64,000 nt of DNA from contig JBAZCR010000002.1 of assembly GCA_041654895.1 (NCBI GenBank), forward strand, positions 8,435 through 72,434, read 5' to 3'. Of the stretch, positions 54,395 through 64,000 are shown piece by piece. The stretch is from Candidatus Pacearchaeota archaeon (GTDB lineage: Archaea > Nanobdellota > Nanobdellia > Pacearchaeales > GW2011-AR1). Below the pieces are notes generated by a model that did no database searches, was not told the origin of the DNA, and saw only the letters and a program-made list of their open reading frames with translations. Within the stretch, counting starts at the first letter, position 1, and each line of letters begins with the position of its first letter. A program made the position numbers and the translations under genes.

Positions 54395-57300
54395 TGGTTG
54401 AAGGACATATTTTAATTCAAGAGTATTTTAAAAATCATTCTTTAGTTGAATCTAATTTATTATCTTTTAATGATTTTATCGATAGAAGAATGCAAAAAAT
54501 TGTAACTGAATTATCAGATTCGCTGCCTACTGAAGATTTTGAAATTAAACTTGGTAAAATAAAGGTTGAAAAGCCAAACATTATTGAGTCTGATGGTTCT
54601 GTAAAGTTAATTACTCCTGCAGAAGCAAGACTAAGAAATCTAACATATTCAGCTCCAATTTATTTAGATATGAATATTAATTTTGCAGGTCAAACAGAAA
54701 GTGCTACAGTTCAATTGGGTAGAATTCCTATTTTAGTTAAAAGTAATGTATGTAATTTACATGGTTTAAGTGAAGAGGAATTATTAGAGAATTATATTGA
54801 TCCAAAAGATACAGGTGGTTATTTTTTAATTAATGGTAATGAACGAGTTATGGTTATGGCTGAAGACTTGGCTAGCAATCAAACCTTTATTGAATTCCAT
54901 AAGGCAAAGCATAGATTAATGTTAAGGCTTTTTTCACAAAGAGGTTCTTATAAAATCCCAATGTCTTTAGTTGAGAATGTTGATGGGATTTTTGAAATTT
55001 CTTTCTCACGATTTAGAGATATTCCTGCAATTATTTTATTGAAAGCATTAGGTTTAACAAGTGATGCAGAAATTTCTCAATTAATTGGTAAAGAAACAGA
55101 TAGTTTAATTGTGAATTTATATGAACATGCTAATATTTCAAATCAAAATGAGGCTTTAATGTGGATTGCTGAAAAAAATGCTTTACAAGGAACAACTAAA
55201 GAAATATTAGATAGAGTAAAACAAAGAATTGACTTTTATTTTTTACCTCATATTGGTTTAGATAAAGATGCTAGACTAGAAAAAGCAAGAACTCTTTGTA
55301 AATTTATTAAACAATTTTGTATTGCTAAAGAAAAACCAAAAGATGCTATAACTGATAAGGATCATTATGCAAATAAAAGAGTTAGGCTTTCTGGAGATTT
55401 ATTAGCTGATTTATTTAGAGTTAATATGAATATTCTGCTTAGAGAAATTCAGCACACTTTACAAAAAACAGTAAAAAGAAGAAAATTTTATTCTATTAGG
55501 ACTTTAGCTAAATCTACTTTATTTTCTCAAAGAGTAGAATCTGCTATTGCAACAGGCTCTTGGATTGGTGAAAGAACTGGTGTTACACAAAATATGGATA
55601 AAAATAATTCTTTTGCTTTAATTTCTCAACTACAAAGAGTTACATCTAATTTGCCTGGTGAACAAGAAAATTTTCCAGCAAGAACAGTTCATCCAACTCA
55701 TTATGGAAGGTTTTGTCCTGTTGAAACACCTGAAGGTACTGAAATTGGTTTAAGAAAAAACTTAACTTTACTTGCTAGAATTTCTACTCAAGCAGAATTT
55801 GATGAAGATAAAATAATGAAAATAATGCAGGAAGCAGGTTTAACAAAAGATTCTGGAGTTATTGATGTCTTTTATAATGGTCATTTTGTTGGTGTTACAC
55901 AAGATGGATTACACTTTGTAGAAACTATGAGGAAAGAGAGAAGAAAAAATAATTTGCCAATTGAATCTTCTATTAAATTTGATGAGTCACTAGATACTAT
56001 CTTTTTCTCTACTGAAATTGGTAGAGTCTTAAGACCATTAATTGTTGTAGAAGATGGAGAATCAAAATTAACAAGAGACCATTTAATTAGAATTAGCCAA
56101 GAAGTTTTAAGTTGGGATGATTTGTTAAAAGAAGGTATTATTGAATACTTAGATGCTAGTGAAGAAGATGATTGTTACATTGCTATTGACAAAAGTGAGC
56201 TAACAAAAGAACACACTCACTTAGAAATTGATAAAATTGATTGTTTAGGTGTTAGTGTTGCAATGATTCCTTTTGCAAACCATAATCCTCCTGCACGTAT
56301 GGTTAAGGGTGGTTCTAGAGCATATAGGCAAGGATTAGGAATTTATGCTGCTAATTATTTAGTTAGGATGGATACAGATGTTTCTATGTTACATTATCCT
56401 CAAAAACCTATTGTTAGAAGTTTTATCTATGATAATTTAGATGTTAATCCTGTTGGTCAAAATGTTGTTGTTGCTATTATGCCTTATGATGGATATAACA
56501 TTGAAGATTCAATTGTTTTAAATCAAGGTTCAATTGATAGAGGTTTTGGTAGAAGCTCTAGATTTAGACCTTATAATTCTATTGAGTTAAATTATGCTGG
56601 GGGTTTAAAAGATGAGATTTGTATTCCAGAGAAGGACACAGGTGGTTATAGAACAGAAGAGAGCTATAGATTTTTAGAAGATGATGGTATTGTGTTTCCT
56701 GAAGCAGAATTAGATGAGAGCGAAGTTTTAATTGGAAAAATTTCTCCTCCAAAATTCTTAAGTGAGGCTAGAGAAATTTCTATTCAAACAAAAAAAGAAA
56801 ATTCTACTGCAATTAGACAAGGAGAAAAAGGTATTATTGATTCTGTATTTGTTACTCAAGATCAGGAAGGTAACAAAATTGTTCAAGTTAGAACAAGAGA
56901 TTTAAGAATCCCTGAATTAGGGGATAAATTTTCTGTACCCCACGGTCAAAAAGGTGTTGTTGGTGGAATTATTCCAGAATTTGATATTCCTTTTACAAGC
57001 AAAGGTGTTAGACCTGATGTTATTTTTAATCCTCACGGTATTCCTTCTAGAATGACTGTAGGTTATTTAATGGATTTATTAGCAGGTAAAGTTGCTGCTT
57101 TATCTGGTAGAATTGTTGATGCATCTCCATTTTCAGGAGAATCTTTAGACAGTTTAGAAAATAATTTGAAAAAATTAGGTTTTAGGGAAGATGGTAAAGA
57201 AGTATTTTATCATGGAATAACAGGGAAAAGGATGCCAATTAAGATTTATGTAGGTAATTTATTTTATTTGAAATTAAAATATATGGTCGCTGATAAAATG

Positions 57301-57651
57301 CATGCAAGAGCTGGTGGAAAAATTGCTTTATTAACAAGACAACCTGTTGAAGGTAGATCCCGTGGTGGTGCTTTAAGACTTGGTGAAATGGAACAACAAG
57401 CATTAGTATGTCATGGTGCATCACTATTATTAAAAGAAAGATATGATTCTGATAAAGTTGTAGTTCATATTTGTTCAAAATGTGGTAACTTAGTTATTGA
57501 TGATCAAATACATAATAAAAGAGTTTGTAGCTTGTGCCATTCTAATCAAGTTGAGCCTATAGAATTATCATATGCATTTAAGTTATTGATGGAAGAGTTA
57601 CAAGGATTACATTTATCAACTAAATTTGAATTAAAAAATAAATACGAATAA
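54394..57651 (+). CDS. rpoB: DNA-directed RNA polymerase subunit B (unsplit Rpo2)
   Basis: Full-length Rpo2-like sequence: GYFLINGNERV, HYGRFCPVETPEG, GDKFSVPHGQKGV, LGEMEQQAL, C-terminal zinc ribbon CSKCG...CSLCH. Confidence 0.96.
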   Translation: MVEGHILIQEYFKNHSLVESNLLSFNDFIDRRMQKIVTELSDSLPTEDFEIKLGKIKVEKPNIIESDGSVKLITPAEARLRNLTYSAPIYLDMNINFAGQTESATVQLGRIPILVKSNVCNLHGLSEEELLENYIDPKDTGGYFLINGNERVMVMAEDLASNQTFIEFHKAKHRLMLRLFSQRGSYKIPMSLVENVDGIFEISFSRFRDIPAIILLKALGLTSDAEISQLIGKETDSLIVNLYEHANISNQNEALMWIAEKNALQGTTKEILDRVKQRIDFYFLPHIGLDKDARLEKARTLCKFIKQFCIAKEKPKDAITDKDHYANKRVRLSGDLLADLFRVNMNILLREIQHTLQKTVKRRKFYSIRTLAKSTLFSQRVESAIATGSWIGERTGVTQNMDKNNSFALISQLQRVTSNLPGEQENFPARTVHPTHYGRFCPVETPEGTEIGLRKNLTLLARISTQAEFDEDKIMKIMQEAGLTKDSGVIDVFYNGHFVGVTQDGLHFVETMRKERRKNNLPIESSIKFDESLDTIFFSTEIGRVLRPLIVVEDGESKLTRDHLIRISQEVLSWDDLLKEGIIEYLDASEEDDCYIAIDKSELTKEHTHLEIDKIDCLGVSVAMIPFANHNPPARMVKGGSRAYRQGLGIYAANYLVRMDTDVSMLHYPQKPIVRSFIYDNLDVNPVGQNVVVAIMPYDGYNIEDSIVLNQGSIDRGFGRSSRFRPYNSIELNYAGGLKDEICIPEKDTGGYRTEESYRFLEDDGIVFPEAELDESEVLIGKISPPKFLSEAREISIQTKKENSTAIRQGEKGIIDSVFVTQDQEGNKIVQVRTRDLRIPELGDKFSVPHGQKGVVGGIIPEFDIPFTSKGVRPDVIFNPHGIPSRMTVGYLMDLLAGKVAALSGRIVDASPFSGESLDSLENNLKKLGFREDGKEVFYHGITGKRMPIKIYVGNLFYLKLKYMVADKMHARAGGKIALLTRQPVEGRSRGGALRLGEMEQQALVCHGASLLLKERYDSDKVVVHICSKCGNLVIDDQIHNKRVCSLCHSNQVEPIELSYAFKLLMEELQGLHLSTKFELKNKYE

Positions 57652-57652
57652 A

Positions 57653-60600
57653 ATGGCTGAAATAATTAGAAAACAAATTAACACAATGAGTTTTAGACTT
57701 CTTAGTCCAGAAGAGGTTAAAAAACTTAGCGTTGCTAAAATTGTTACACCTGAACTTTATGATGTTGATGGTTATCCAGTTGATGGTGGTTTAATGGATT
57801 TAAGGTTGGGTGCAATTGATCCTGGTGTTAGATGTAGAACTTGTGGAGGTAGATTAAAAGAATGTTTAGGTCATCCAGGAATGATTGAACTTGCACGTCC
57901 TATTATTCATATAAAATACATCCCAATTATTGATGTTGTGTTAAGAAGTACATGTGAAGCTTGTGGTAAAGTTTTAATTAAGGACGAAAATGATTTAAGA
58001 AAACCATTAAAGGATAGGATTAAAAAAGCAAAGGACGGTAAAAAATGTCCTTATTGTGGTATTGTTCAAGAAAGAGTTAAATTAGAAAAGCCTTCTACTT
58101 TTAAAGTAGGTAAAAGAAGACTATTTCCAAGTGAAATTAGAGAAAGATTAGTAAAAGTTCCTGATGAAGACTTAAAAATTTTAGGAATAAATGCAAAAAC
58201 ATTAAGACCTGAATGGGCAATTTTGACTTTGTTAATGGTTCCTCCTGTAACTGTTAGACCTTCTATTACATTAGATTCTGGCGAGAGAAGTGAAGATGAT
58301 TTGACTCATAAACTATCAGATATAATTAGGGCAAATCAGAGGCTTTGGGAAAACTTGAATGCAGGTGCGCCTGAAGTTATTATTGAAGATTTATGGGATT
58401 TATTACAATATCATATAACAACTTTTTTTGATAATTCTATTGCGAGAGTTCCTCCTGCAAGACATAGAAGTGGTCAACCATTAAAGACAATTACTGAAAG
58501 AATTAAAGGTAAAGAAGGTAGAATTAGAAAAAACCTGGCAGGTAAAAGAGTTAATTTCTCTGCAAGAACTGTTATTTCTCCAGATCCAAATTTAAAGATT
58601 AATGAAGTTGGTGTTCCTTTTGATATTGCAAAAATAATTACAGTTGCAGAAAGAGTAACAACATTTAATATAGAGAGATGTAAAAAATTAGTTTTATCTG
58701 TAGATTATCCTGGTGTTAATTATGTAATTAGGCCTGATGGAAAAAGAAAAAGAATTACTGAAGATTTAAGAGAAAATATTGCAGAAGAAATTGAACCAGG
58801 TTATATTATTGAAAGGCATTTGGTCGACGGCGATGTTGTTTTATTTAATAGGCATCCTTCTTTACATAGAGCATCTTTAATGGCTCATTTTGTCAGAGTC
58901 TTACCTTTTAGGACATTTAGAATGCATCCGTCTTCTTGTAATCCTTATGGTGCAGATTTTGATGGTGATGAAATGAATATTCATGGTCCTCAAAATGAAG
59001 AAGCAAGGGCAGAATCTGAAATTTTATTAAACGTGAATAATAACTTATTTTCTCCTAAGAATAATATGAATTTAATGGGTTGTATTGACGATGCTGCTAC
59101 TGGAAATTATTTATTGCTTCAGACAGACTTAGACTATACAGAGAGTTCTCAGTTACTTCACTCAGTCGGAGTTGAAAGCTTTAGTTTAAATAAAAACAAT
59201 TCTGGAGAATCTATTTTTTCAAAGGTTTTACCCGAGAAATATAAGGATAAAAAAATGAAACCATTAGGATTTAGAAAAGAATCTGGAGATGACTTAAAAA
59301 TTATTGATTTAGAAATGGGTAGAGAAGAGGCAATAGAAACATTAAGGAGAGTTTTTGCTTTAGGTGTTACATTTTTATCTAGGAATGGATTTACAATTTC
59401 TTTAGAAGATTTGCATGTTGGAGAAGAAACTCAAAAACAAGCTAAAAAAATTATAGAAACTGCCGAGAAAAAAACTCAAGAGGTTATTGAATCTTTTTAT
59501 AGTGACTCTTTAGAATTGTTGCCAGGTAGAAGTGCTGAAGAGACAAGGGAACTAAAAATTTTACAAATATTAAATGAGGTTAGAACTCAGGTTGGTGATG
59601 TTGTTAAAAATAATTTTCCAAAAGATAATAACGTAAATAATATGATAAGTTCTAAAGCTCGAGGAAGTATGTTAAATGTAACTCAAATTTCTTGTTGTGT
59701 TGGACAGCAGGTTTTAAATGGTAGGAGAATTGATTTTGGATATACTCAAAGAACATTACCATTTTTCAAGAAGGGAGATTTGTCTCCTAAAGCTAGAGGT
59801 TTTATTGAAGGCTCTTTTATGGGTGGATTAGGACCTGTAGAATTTTTCTTTGGTGCAATAACAGGTAGAGATGGTTTAATGGATACTGCTCTTAGAACCC
59901 CTAAATCAGGTTATTTATATAGGAGACTTGCAAATGCTCTTCAAGATTTAATTGTAGCTTATGATGGTACTATTAGAGATGCATCTAGTAAAATTATACA
60001 ATTTACATATGGTGTTGACGGTTTTGATGTTGCTGGATTACATAAAAAAGAGAAAATTTCTCCAGGTGAGGCTGTTGGATTGGTTACAGCTCAGTCATTT
60101 GGTGAATCTTCAACTCAAATGGTATTAAATACATTCCATGCTGCAGGTGTTGCTGAAATGCAGGTTACAACTGGTTTACCTAGATTAATTGAGGTTTTAG
60201 ATGCAAGGAAACAACCAAAGTTACCAACAATGGAAATTTATTTAGATAAAGAATTTAATAATGAAAATGATGCAAGAATTATCGCCGAGAAAATTAAAGA
60301 GAGAAAATTAAAAGAGATCATGTCAGACATTTCAATTGATTTTGGAACTAAACAAATTAAAATTAGTATTGATTCTAAATCACTAAGATCAGCACATACT
60401 ACATTAGATACTGTTATTGCTACATTAAATGATAAAGGTTATGATGTTAAAAAATCTGAAAGTGGAATGGTTTTTGATATGGCTAAAGAAGATTTTAAGA
60501 CAATTTATAAAACTAAAGAGAAAATAAAAGAAGTTATTTTTTCTGGAATTAAAAAAGTATCTCAGGTATTAGTTGTTAAGAAAAATGAAGATTTTGTTAT

Positions 60601-61066
60601 TTTAACAGCAGGTTCTAATTTAAAAGATATCTTAAAGTTTAAAGGAGTAGATGCAAATAAAGTTAGTTCTAATGATTTACATGAGGTAGCAAATGTTTTA
60701 GGTATTGAAGTTGCTCGTCAAGTTATAATTAATGAAATTAAAAAAGTTTTAGTTTCTCAAGGTTTAGATTTAGATGATAAACATGCAAATTTAGTTGCAG
60801 ATACAATGACTGCATCTGGAATTGTCAAAGGAATTACAAGAATGGGTATAATCTCAGATAAGAACTCTATTTTAGCTCGAGCTTCTTTTGAAACACCTGA
60901 TAAACAATTTGTTCAAGCTACAAAGACAGGTATAAAAGATAATGTTGCATCTGTTATTGAAAATATTATTTTAAACCAACCTGTTCCTGTTGGAACTGGA
61001 TTGCCTGGTCTTTTAGTTAAAGTAACTGGCCCACTTGCAAATAAATATGAGGAGAAGAAAAAATAA
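57653..61066 (+). CDS. rpoA: DNA-directed RNA polymerase subunit A, with A' and A'' portions fused in one ORF
   Basis: A' landmarks: zinc sites, NRHPSLHR, GADFDGDEMN, bridge helix GRDGLMDTALRTPKSGYLYRRL. The same frame continues with A'' landmarks: GEAVGLVTAQSFGESSTQMVLNTFHAAGV trigger loop and a C-terminal GTGLPGLL. Confidence 0.93.
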   Translation: MAEIIRKQINTMSFRLLSPEEVKKLSVAKIVTPELYDVDGYPVDGGLMDLRLGAIDPGVRCRTCGGRLKECLGHPGMIELARPIIHIKYIPIIDVVLRSTCEACGKVLIKDENDLRKPLKDRIKKAKDGKKCPYCGIVQERVKLEKPSTFKVGKRRLFPSEIRERLVKVPDEDLKILGINAKTLRPEWAILTLLMVPPVTVRPSITLDSGERSEDDLTHKLSDIIRANQRLWENLNAGAPEVIIEDLWDLLQYHITTFFDNSIARVPPARHRSGQPLKTITERIKGKEGRIRKNLAGKRVNFSARTVISPDPNLKINEVGVPFDIAKIITVAERVTTFNIERCKKLVLSVDYPGVNYVIRPDGKRKRITEDLRENIAEEIEPGYIIERHLVDGDVVLFNRHPSLHRASLMAHFVRVLPFRTFRMHPSSCNPYGADFDGDEMNIHGPQNEEARAESEILLNVNNNLFSPKNNMNLMGCIDDAATGNYLLLQTDLDYTESSQLLHSVGVESFSLNKNNSGESIFSKVLPEKYKDKKMKPLGFRKESGDDLKIIDLEMGREEAIETLRRVFALGVTFLSRNGFTISLEDLHVGEETQKQAKKIIETAEKKTQEVIESFYSDSLELLPGRSAEETRELKILQILNEVRTQVGDVVKNNFPKDNNVNNMISSKARGSMLNVTQISCCVGQQVLNGRRIDFGYTQRTLPFFKKGDLSPKARGFIEGSFMGGLGPVEFFFGAITGRDGLMDTALRTPKSGYLYRRLANALQDLIVAYDGTIRDASSKIIQFTYGVDGFDVAGLHKKEKISPGEAVGLVTAQSFGESSTQMVLNTFHAAGVAEMQVTTGLPRLIEVLDARKQPKLPTMEIYLDKEFNNENDARIIAEKIKERKLKEIMSDISIDFGTKQIKISIDSKSLRSAHTTLDTVIATLNDKGYDVKKSESGMVFDMAKEDFKTIYKTKEKIKEVIFSGIKKVSQVLVVKKNEDFVILTAGSNLKDILKFKGVDANKVSSNDLHEVANVLGIEVARQVIINEIKKVLVSQGLDLDDKHANLVADTMTASGIVKGITRMGIISDKNSILARASFETPDKQFVQATKTGIKDNVASVIENIILNQPVPVGTGLPGLLVKVTGPLANKYEEKKK

Positions 61067-61306
61067 ATGAGTATTAAAGAAATTAAAGAAGCAATTGAAT
61101 CTAAAAAAGTTTATTTTGGCTTAAAAGAGTGTATTAAACATAAAAAAGATTTGAAAGAAGTTTATTTAGTTAAAGATGCAAGAGAAGAAATTATAAATCA
61201 ACTTAATGAAGATAAAATAAAATATAGTTTTTTAAAAACAAAAAAAGAAGTTATTAAATTGTTAAACTTAGATTTTAATTGTGAAGTTTTCTCCCTAGTG
61301 AAGTAA
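61067..61306 (+). CDS. rpl30e: Ribosomal protein L30e (short form)
   Basis: Conserved position between rpoA and nusA. Loose L30e/L7Ae-fold pattern (KVYFGLKECIK...EVYLVKDA). Confidence 0.6.
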   Translation: MSIKEIKEAIESKKVYFGLKECIKHKKDLKEVYLVKDAREEIINQLNEDKIKYSFLKTKKEVIKLLNLDFNCEVFSLVK

Positions 61307-61307
61307 G

Positions 61308-61727
61308 ATGGTAAAAGTTATTGATATGCAACTTATTAGATATATTAATATATTTAGCAAAATAACAAAAATTGAAGCTAAACATTGCTTTAAGTATAAC
61401 AATCAAATTATTTTTTTAGTAAATAAGTCTGTTGTTTCAAAAGCTATTGGTAAAGATGCTGATAATGTTAAAAAAATGAATAGAATTATTGGAAGAAAAA
61501 TTAAAATTATTTCTTTACCAAGTAAAGAAGAGAAAGAGATTATTAGTTTTACTGAAAAATTATTGAGTCCTATTGAATTAAATAAAATTGAACTAAAAAA
61601 AGATATTTTGTTTATAGATGCTAGTCGAATTAATAAGGCAACTCTTATTGGCAGAAATAGACTTAAAGAAAAGGAGTTATCCAAAATAATTAAAGATATC
61701 TTTGGGTTTGAATTAAAAATAGGATAG
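61308..61727 (+). CDS. nusA: Archaeal NusA-like KH-domain protein
   Basis: IRYINIFSKITKIEAKHCF...IIFLV and AIGKDADNVKKM (GxxG KH motif). Conserved position before S12. Confidence 0.8.
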   Translation: MVKVIDMQLIRYINIFSKITKIEAKHCFKYNNQIIFLVNKSVVSKAIGKDADNVKKMNRIIGRKIKIISLPSKEEKEIISFTEKLLSPIELNKIELKKDILFIDASRINKATLIGRNRLKEKELSKIIKDIFGFELKIG

Positions 61728-61774
61728 AATGGAAATCTTTTTAAAGGATTTCTTCAAAATATTAATATAATAAG

Positions 61775-62197
61775 ATGGGATTAAACAATGCTAGAAAATT
61801 GAAAAAGAATAGAAAGACCTTTAGAGATAACAAATTACCTCTTAAAAAGAAAAGATTAGGTATTACTTTAAAATTTGATCCTTTAAGTCGAAGTAGCCAA
61901 GCTAGAGGAATTGTTACTAAGAAAGTTCAAAAAGAAGCTAAACAACCTAATTCAGCGATGAGAAAATGTTGTAGAGTTCAATTAATTCGTTCAGGTAAAG
62001 AGGTTACTGCATTTATTCCAGGTAATTTAGCACAAAAATATATAGAAGAACATGATGAGGTTTTAATTGAGAGAATTGGCGGAAAGCAAGGTCGAACAAA
62101 AGGAGATTTGTCTGGAGTTAGATTTCAAATTATTAAAGTAAATGATCAACCTCTTAGTCGATTATGGCAAGGTAAGATTGAAAAAGGTAGAAGATAA
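61775..62197 (+). CDS. rps12: Ribosomal protein uS12
   Basis: KQPNSAMRKCCRVQL...EVTAFIPG...VLIERIGG. Confidence 0.93.
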   Translation: MGLNNARKLKKNRKTFRDNKLPLKKKRLGITLKFDPLSRSSQARGIVTKKVQKEAKQPNSAMRKCCRVQLIRSGKEVTAFIPGNLAQKYIEEHDEVLIERIGGKQGRTKGDLSGVRFQIIKVNDQPLSRLWQGKIEKGRR

Positions 62198-62793
62198 TGA
62201 GGGAAATGAAAGTTTTTGGTTTATATAATGCAAGTGAAGTAAGAGTAACAGATCCTTCTTTAAAAAAAGTAATTAACTTAAGTCCTAAATTAGTTTTAAA
62301 ATCACATGGCAGAATTAAGTGGGATCCCACTAAATCAAAAGTTAATGTTGTAGAGAGATTAATTAATATTTTGCAAGTTCCAGGTTCTAGGGGTAAAAAG
62401 CATAGAATAATTACATCTTGGATTACAGGGAAGCATTCTAAGTGTACAAAAATAGTAATTGACGCATTTAAAATTATTGAAGAAAAAACAAAAGAAAATC
62501 CTTTGAAAATTTTTATCAAGGCTTTAGAGAATGGTGCACCCAGAGATGAAATTACTACAATAGAATATGGTGGAGCAAGATATCCTCAGGCAGTGGATGT
62601 TTCTCCTCGTAGAAGGCTTAATTTAGTTTTAAGATTTATTGCTAATGGAGCATATGACAAGGCCTTTAATAAAAAAATGAATATTACAGAAAGTTTAGCA
62701 AAAGAAATAATGGCTGCTGCTGACAATTCTAGTGAATCATATGCTATTTCTAAGAAAAACGAAATAGAAAAGCAAGCAGATGCAGCAAGGTAA
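62197..62793 (+). CDS. rps7: Ribosomal protein uS7
   Basis: Archaeal S7 pattern (VERLINILQVPG..GKK, IEYGGARYPQAVDVSPRRR). Overlapping stop/start with S12. Confidence 0.9.
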   Translation: MREMKVFGLYNASEVRVTDPSLKKVINLSPKLVLKSHGRIKWDPTKSKVNVVERLINILQVPGSRGKKHRIITSWITGKHSKCTKIVIDAFKIIEEKTKENPLKIFIKALENGAPRDEITTIEYGGARYPQAVDVSPRRRLNLVLRFIANGAYDKAFNKKMNITESLAKEIMAAADNSSESYAISKKNEIEKQADAAR

Positions 62794-62837
62794 TTTTTAC
62801 AACAAGGTTTAAAATATTAGAAGCATTCTTTTAATTT

Positions 62838-63746
62838 ATGATGATAGATGTAGGTGAAATAAAAAGAAAAATTATTGAATTTATAAACGAAAAAGGTCCT
62901 ACTTTACCAATAAGTATTGTAAAATTTTTGAATTTAGAACCTGTTTTTATCTCTGCAATCTTAGCTGAATTATCAAATGAAAAAAGAATTAAAACAACTC
63001 AATTAAAGGTAGGTTCTTCTTGTTTGTATTATTTGGAAGGTCAAGATAATTTATTAGAAGAAAAGGCAGATTTTTATTTAAAGGGTGTTGAAAAAGAAGC
63101 TTTTTTATTTCTTAAAGAAAATAAAGTTTTATTGGACGAAAAACAAACTCCTATTTTTAGAGTAGCTTTTAGAAACTTAAAGGATTTTGCATTTAGTTTT
63201 AATAAAGATAATAAAATTTATTGGAGATATTTTTTAGTAGATAAAGATTTCTTAGAAGAATTTTTTCAAATTCAAAAAAATGAAGAAATTACTGAAGATA
63301 GAATAGCTAAAAAGGAGATTGCTGAAAAAAGTGATGAAACAAAAGAATCTTTATTTAGCGAAAATAAAATTGATAGTACAGATTTTGTTGAAGATTTAAC
63401 AATTAAAAAAAAGACTTTAGAAAAAAAGATAATTAAATCTTCTTTCTTAGATGAGGTTAAATTGTTTTTGAGTAAAAAAGAAATTGTTTTAAAAGAGTTT
63501 ATTGATGATTCTAAGCACGAAATTAATGCCTTAGTAATAATTCATTCGATTTTAGGTAATTTAAATTATAGACTTATTGCTAAAAATAAAAAATCAATTT
63601 CAGATGGTGATTTGTTAACTGCAATTCAAAAAGCAAATAATGAAAAATATCCTCTTTATTTATTAATTAATGGAAAATTAACAAAAAAAGCAAAGGAAAT
63701 ATTTGAAGAATATAAGAACCTTATTTTTATTGATTATATCGAATAG
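62838..63746 (+). CDS. Hypothetical protein with N-terminal winged-helix-like domain
   Basis: IIEFINEKGPTLPISIVKFLNLEPVFISAILAELSNEKRIKTTQLKVGSSCLYYL resembles a wHTH. The remainder was not recognised. Confidence 0.4.
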   Translation: MMIDVGEIKRKIIEFINEKGPTLPISIVKFLNLEPVFISAILAELSNEKRIKTTQLKVGSSCLYYLEGQDNLLEEKADFYLKGVEKEAFLFLKENKVLLDEKQTPIFRVAFRNLKDFAFSFNKDNKIYWRYFLVDKDFLEEFFQIQKNEEITEDRIAKKEIAEKSDETKESLFSENKIDSTDFVEDLTIKKKTLEKKIIKSSFLDEVKLFLSKKEIVLKEFIDDSKHEINALVIIHSILGNLNYRLIAKNKKSISDGDLLTAIQKANNEKYPLYLLINGKLTKKAKEIFEEYKNLIFIDYIE

Positions 63747-63790
63747 CTAATTACCACAAGGCTTATAAATTAATTTTTTTTAAATAACTT

Positions 63791-63988
63791 ATGGGAAGAA
63801 TTAAGTCAACATTAATTAAAAGAACATCTAAACAATTAATAGAATCTGATCCAGATTTATATGATATCAAGTTTGAACATAATAAGAAGATATTAAAAAA
63901 TTCACTACCAAGCAAACGTTTAAGAAATAAAGTAGCAGGTTACATATCTAGATTAAAAAAGGATAATAAGAACATTATTGAATCTTAA
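63791..63988 (+). CDS. rps17e: Ribosomal protein eS17
   Basis: MGRIKSTLIKRTSKQLIE...FEHNKKIL...SKRLRNKVAGYISRL. Confidence 0.88.
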   Translation: MGRIKSTLIKRTSKQLIESDPDLYDIKFEHNKKILKNSLPSKRLRNKVAGYISRLKKDNKNIIES

Positions 63989-64000
63989 ATAAAATGAACG

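Noticed and set aside
9405-62519. Twenty-six short track ORFs lying antisense to, or out of frame within, long well-supported genes. Their starts are 9405, 10723, 12150, 14998, 15304, 15935, 16174, 17755, 19430, 19636, 20252, 28246, 28870, 29587, 33096, 34430, 37272, 38249, 40182, 40672, 43438, 48046, 51665, 57239, 61403 and 62154.
   Set aside because: All are fully or almost fully overlapped by ORFs with clear family motifs. Their translations are low-complexity L/F/I/S-rich shadows, as expected from AT-rich antisense frames, and none has a motif.

Overview
Strongly AT-rich, very compact (gaps mostly under 150 bp) archaeal chromosome segment. The archaeal assignment rests on EF-1alpha, EF-2, diphthine synthase, deoxyhypusine synthase, RpoH, L30e, S17e, archaeal NusA, and ThrRS and ProRS of archaeal type. 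Small proteins, a fermentative gene set and many large surface proteins suggest a DPANN-like, host-associated lifestyle; this is inference. Backbone content, in order: an nrdR-nrdD-nrdG operon; thrS; ppsA; proS; a tuf/dphB/adk/dys/decarboxylase/agmatinase/fusA block; two-subunit 2-oxoacid:ferredoxin oxidoreductase plus ADP-forming acetyl-CoA synthetase; dut plus a kinase-dCMP-deaminase fusion; the rpoH-rpoB-rpoA-L30e-nusA-S12-S7 cluster; two tRNAs (Arg-UCG, Lys-UUU). Accessory content: two mosaic multi-LamG surface proteins, each divergently paired with a small wHTH gene; a BspA/DUF285-like repeat protein; an 1851-aa BNR/beta-helix giant protein; a lone SNF2 helicase; a multi-CxxC coiled-coil protein. 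Most noteworthy observations: (1) nrdD ends at an in-frame TAA, and its glycyl-radical loop is encoded by an unlisted 40-codon ORF with its own SD and ATG. (2) Five heptad-periodic GTTnACn arrays bracket the LamG genes and mark an apparently empty site upstream of the SNF2 gene. A 51-bp promoter/start element is 100% identical between the SNF2 and CxxC-protein genes. (3) A 280-aa stand-alone [FeFe]-hydrogenase H-domain-like protein. (4) rpoA' and rpoA'' are fused into one ORF. (5) Bacterial-type NrdR with tandem NrdR boxes. No rRNA, CRISPR array, transposase, integrase or reverse transcriptase was seen.
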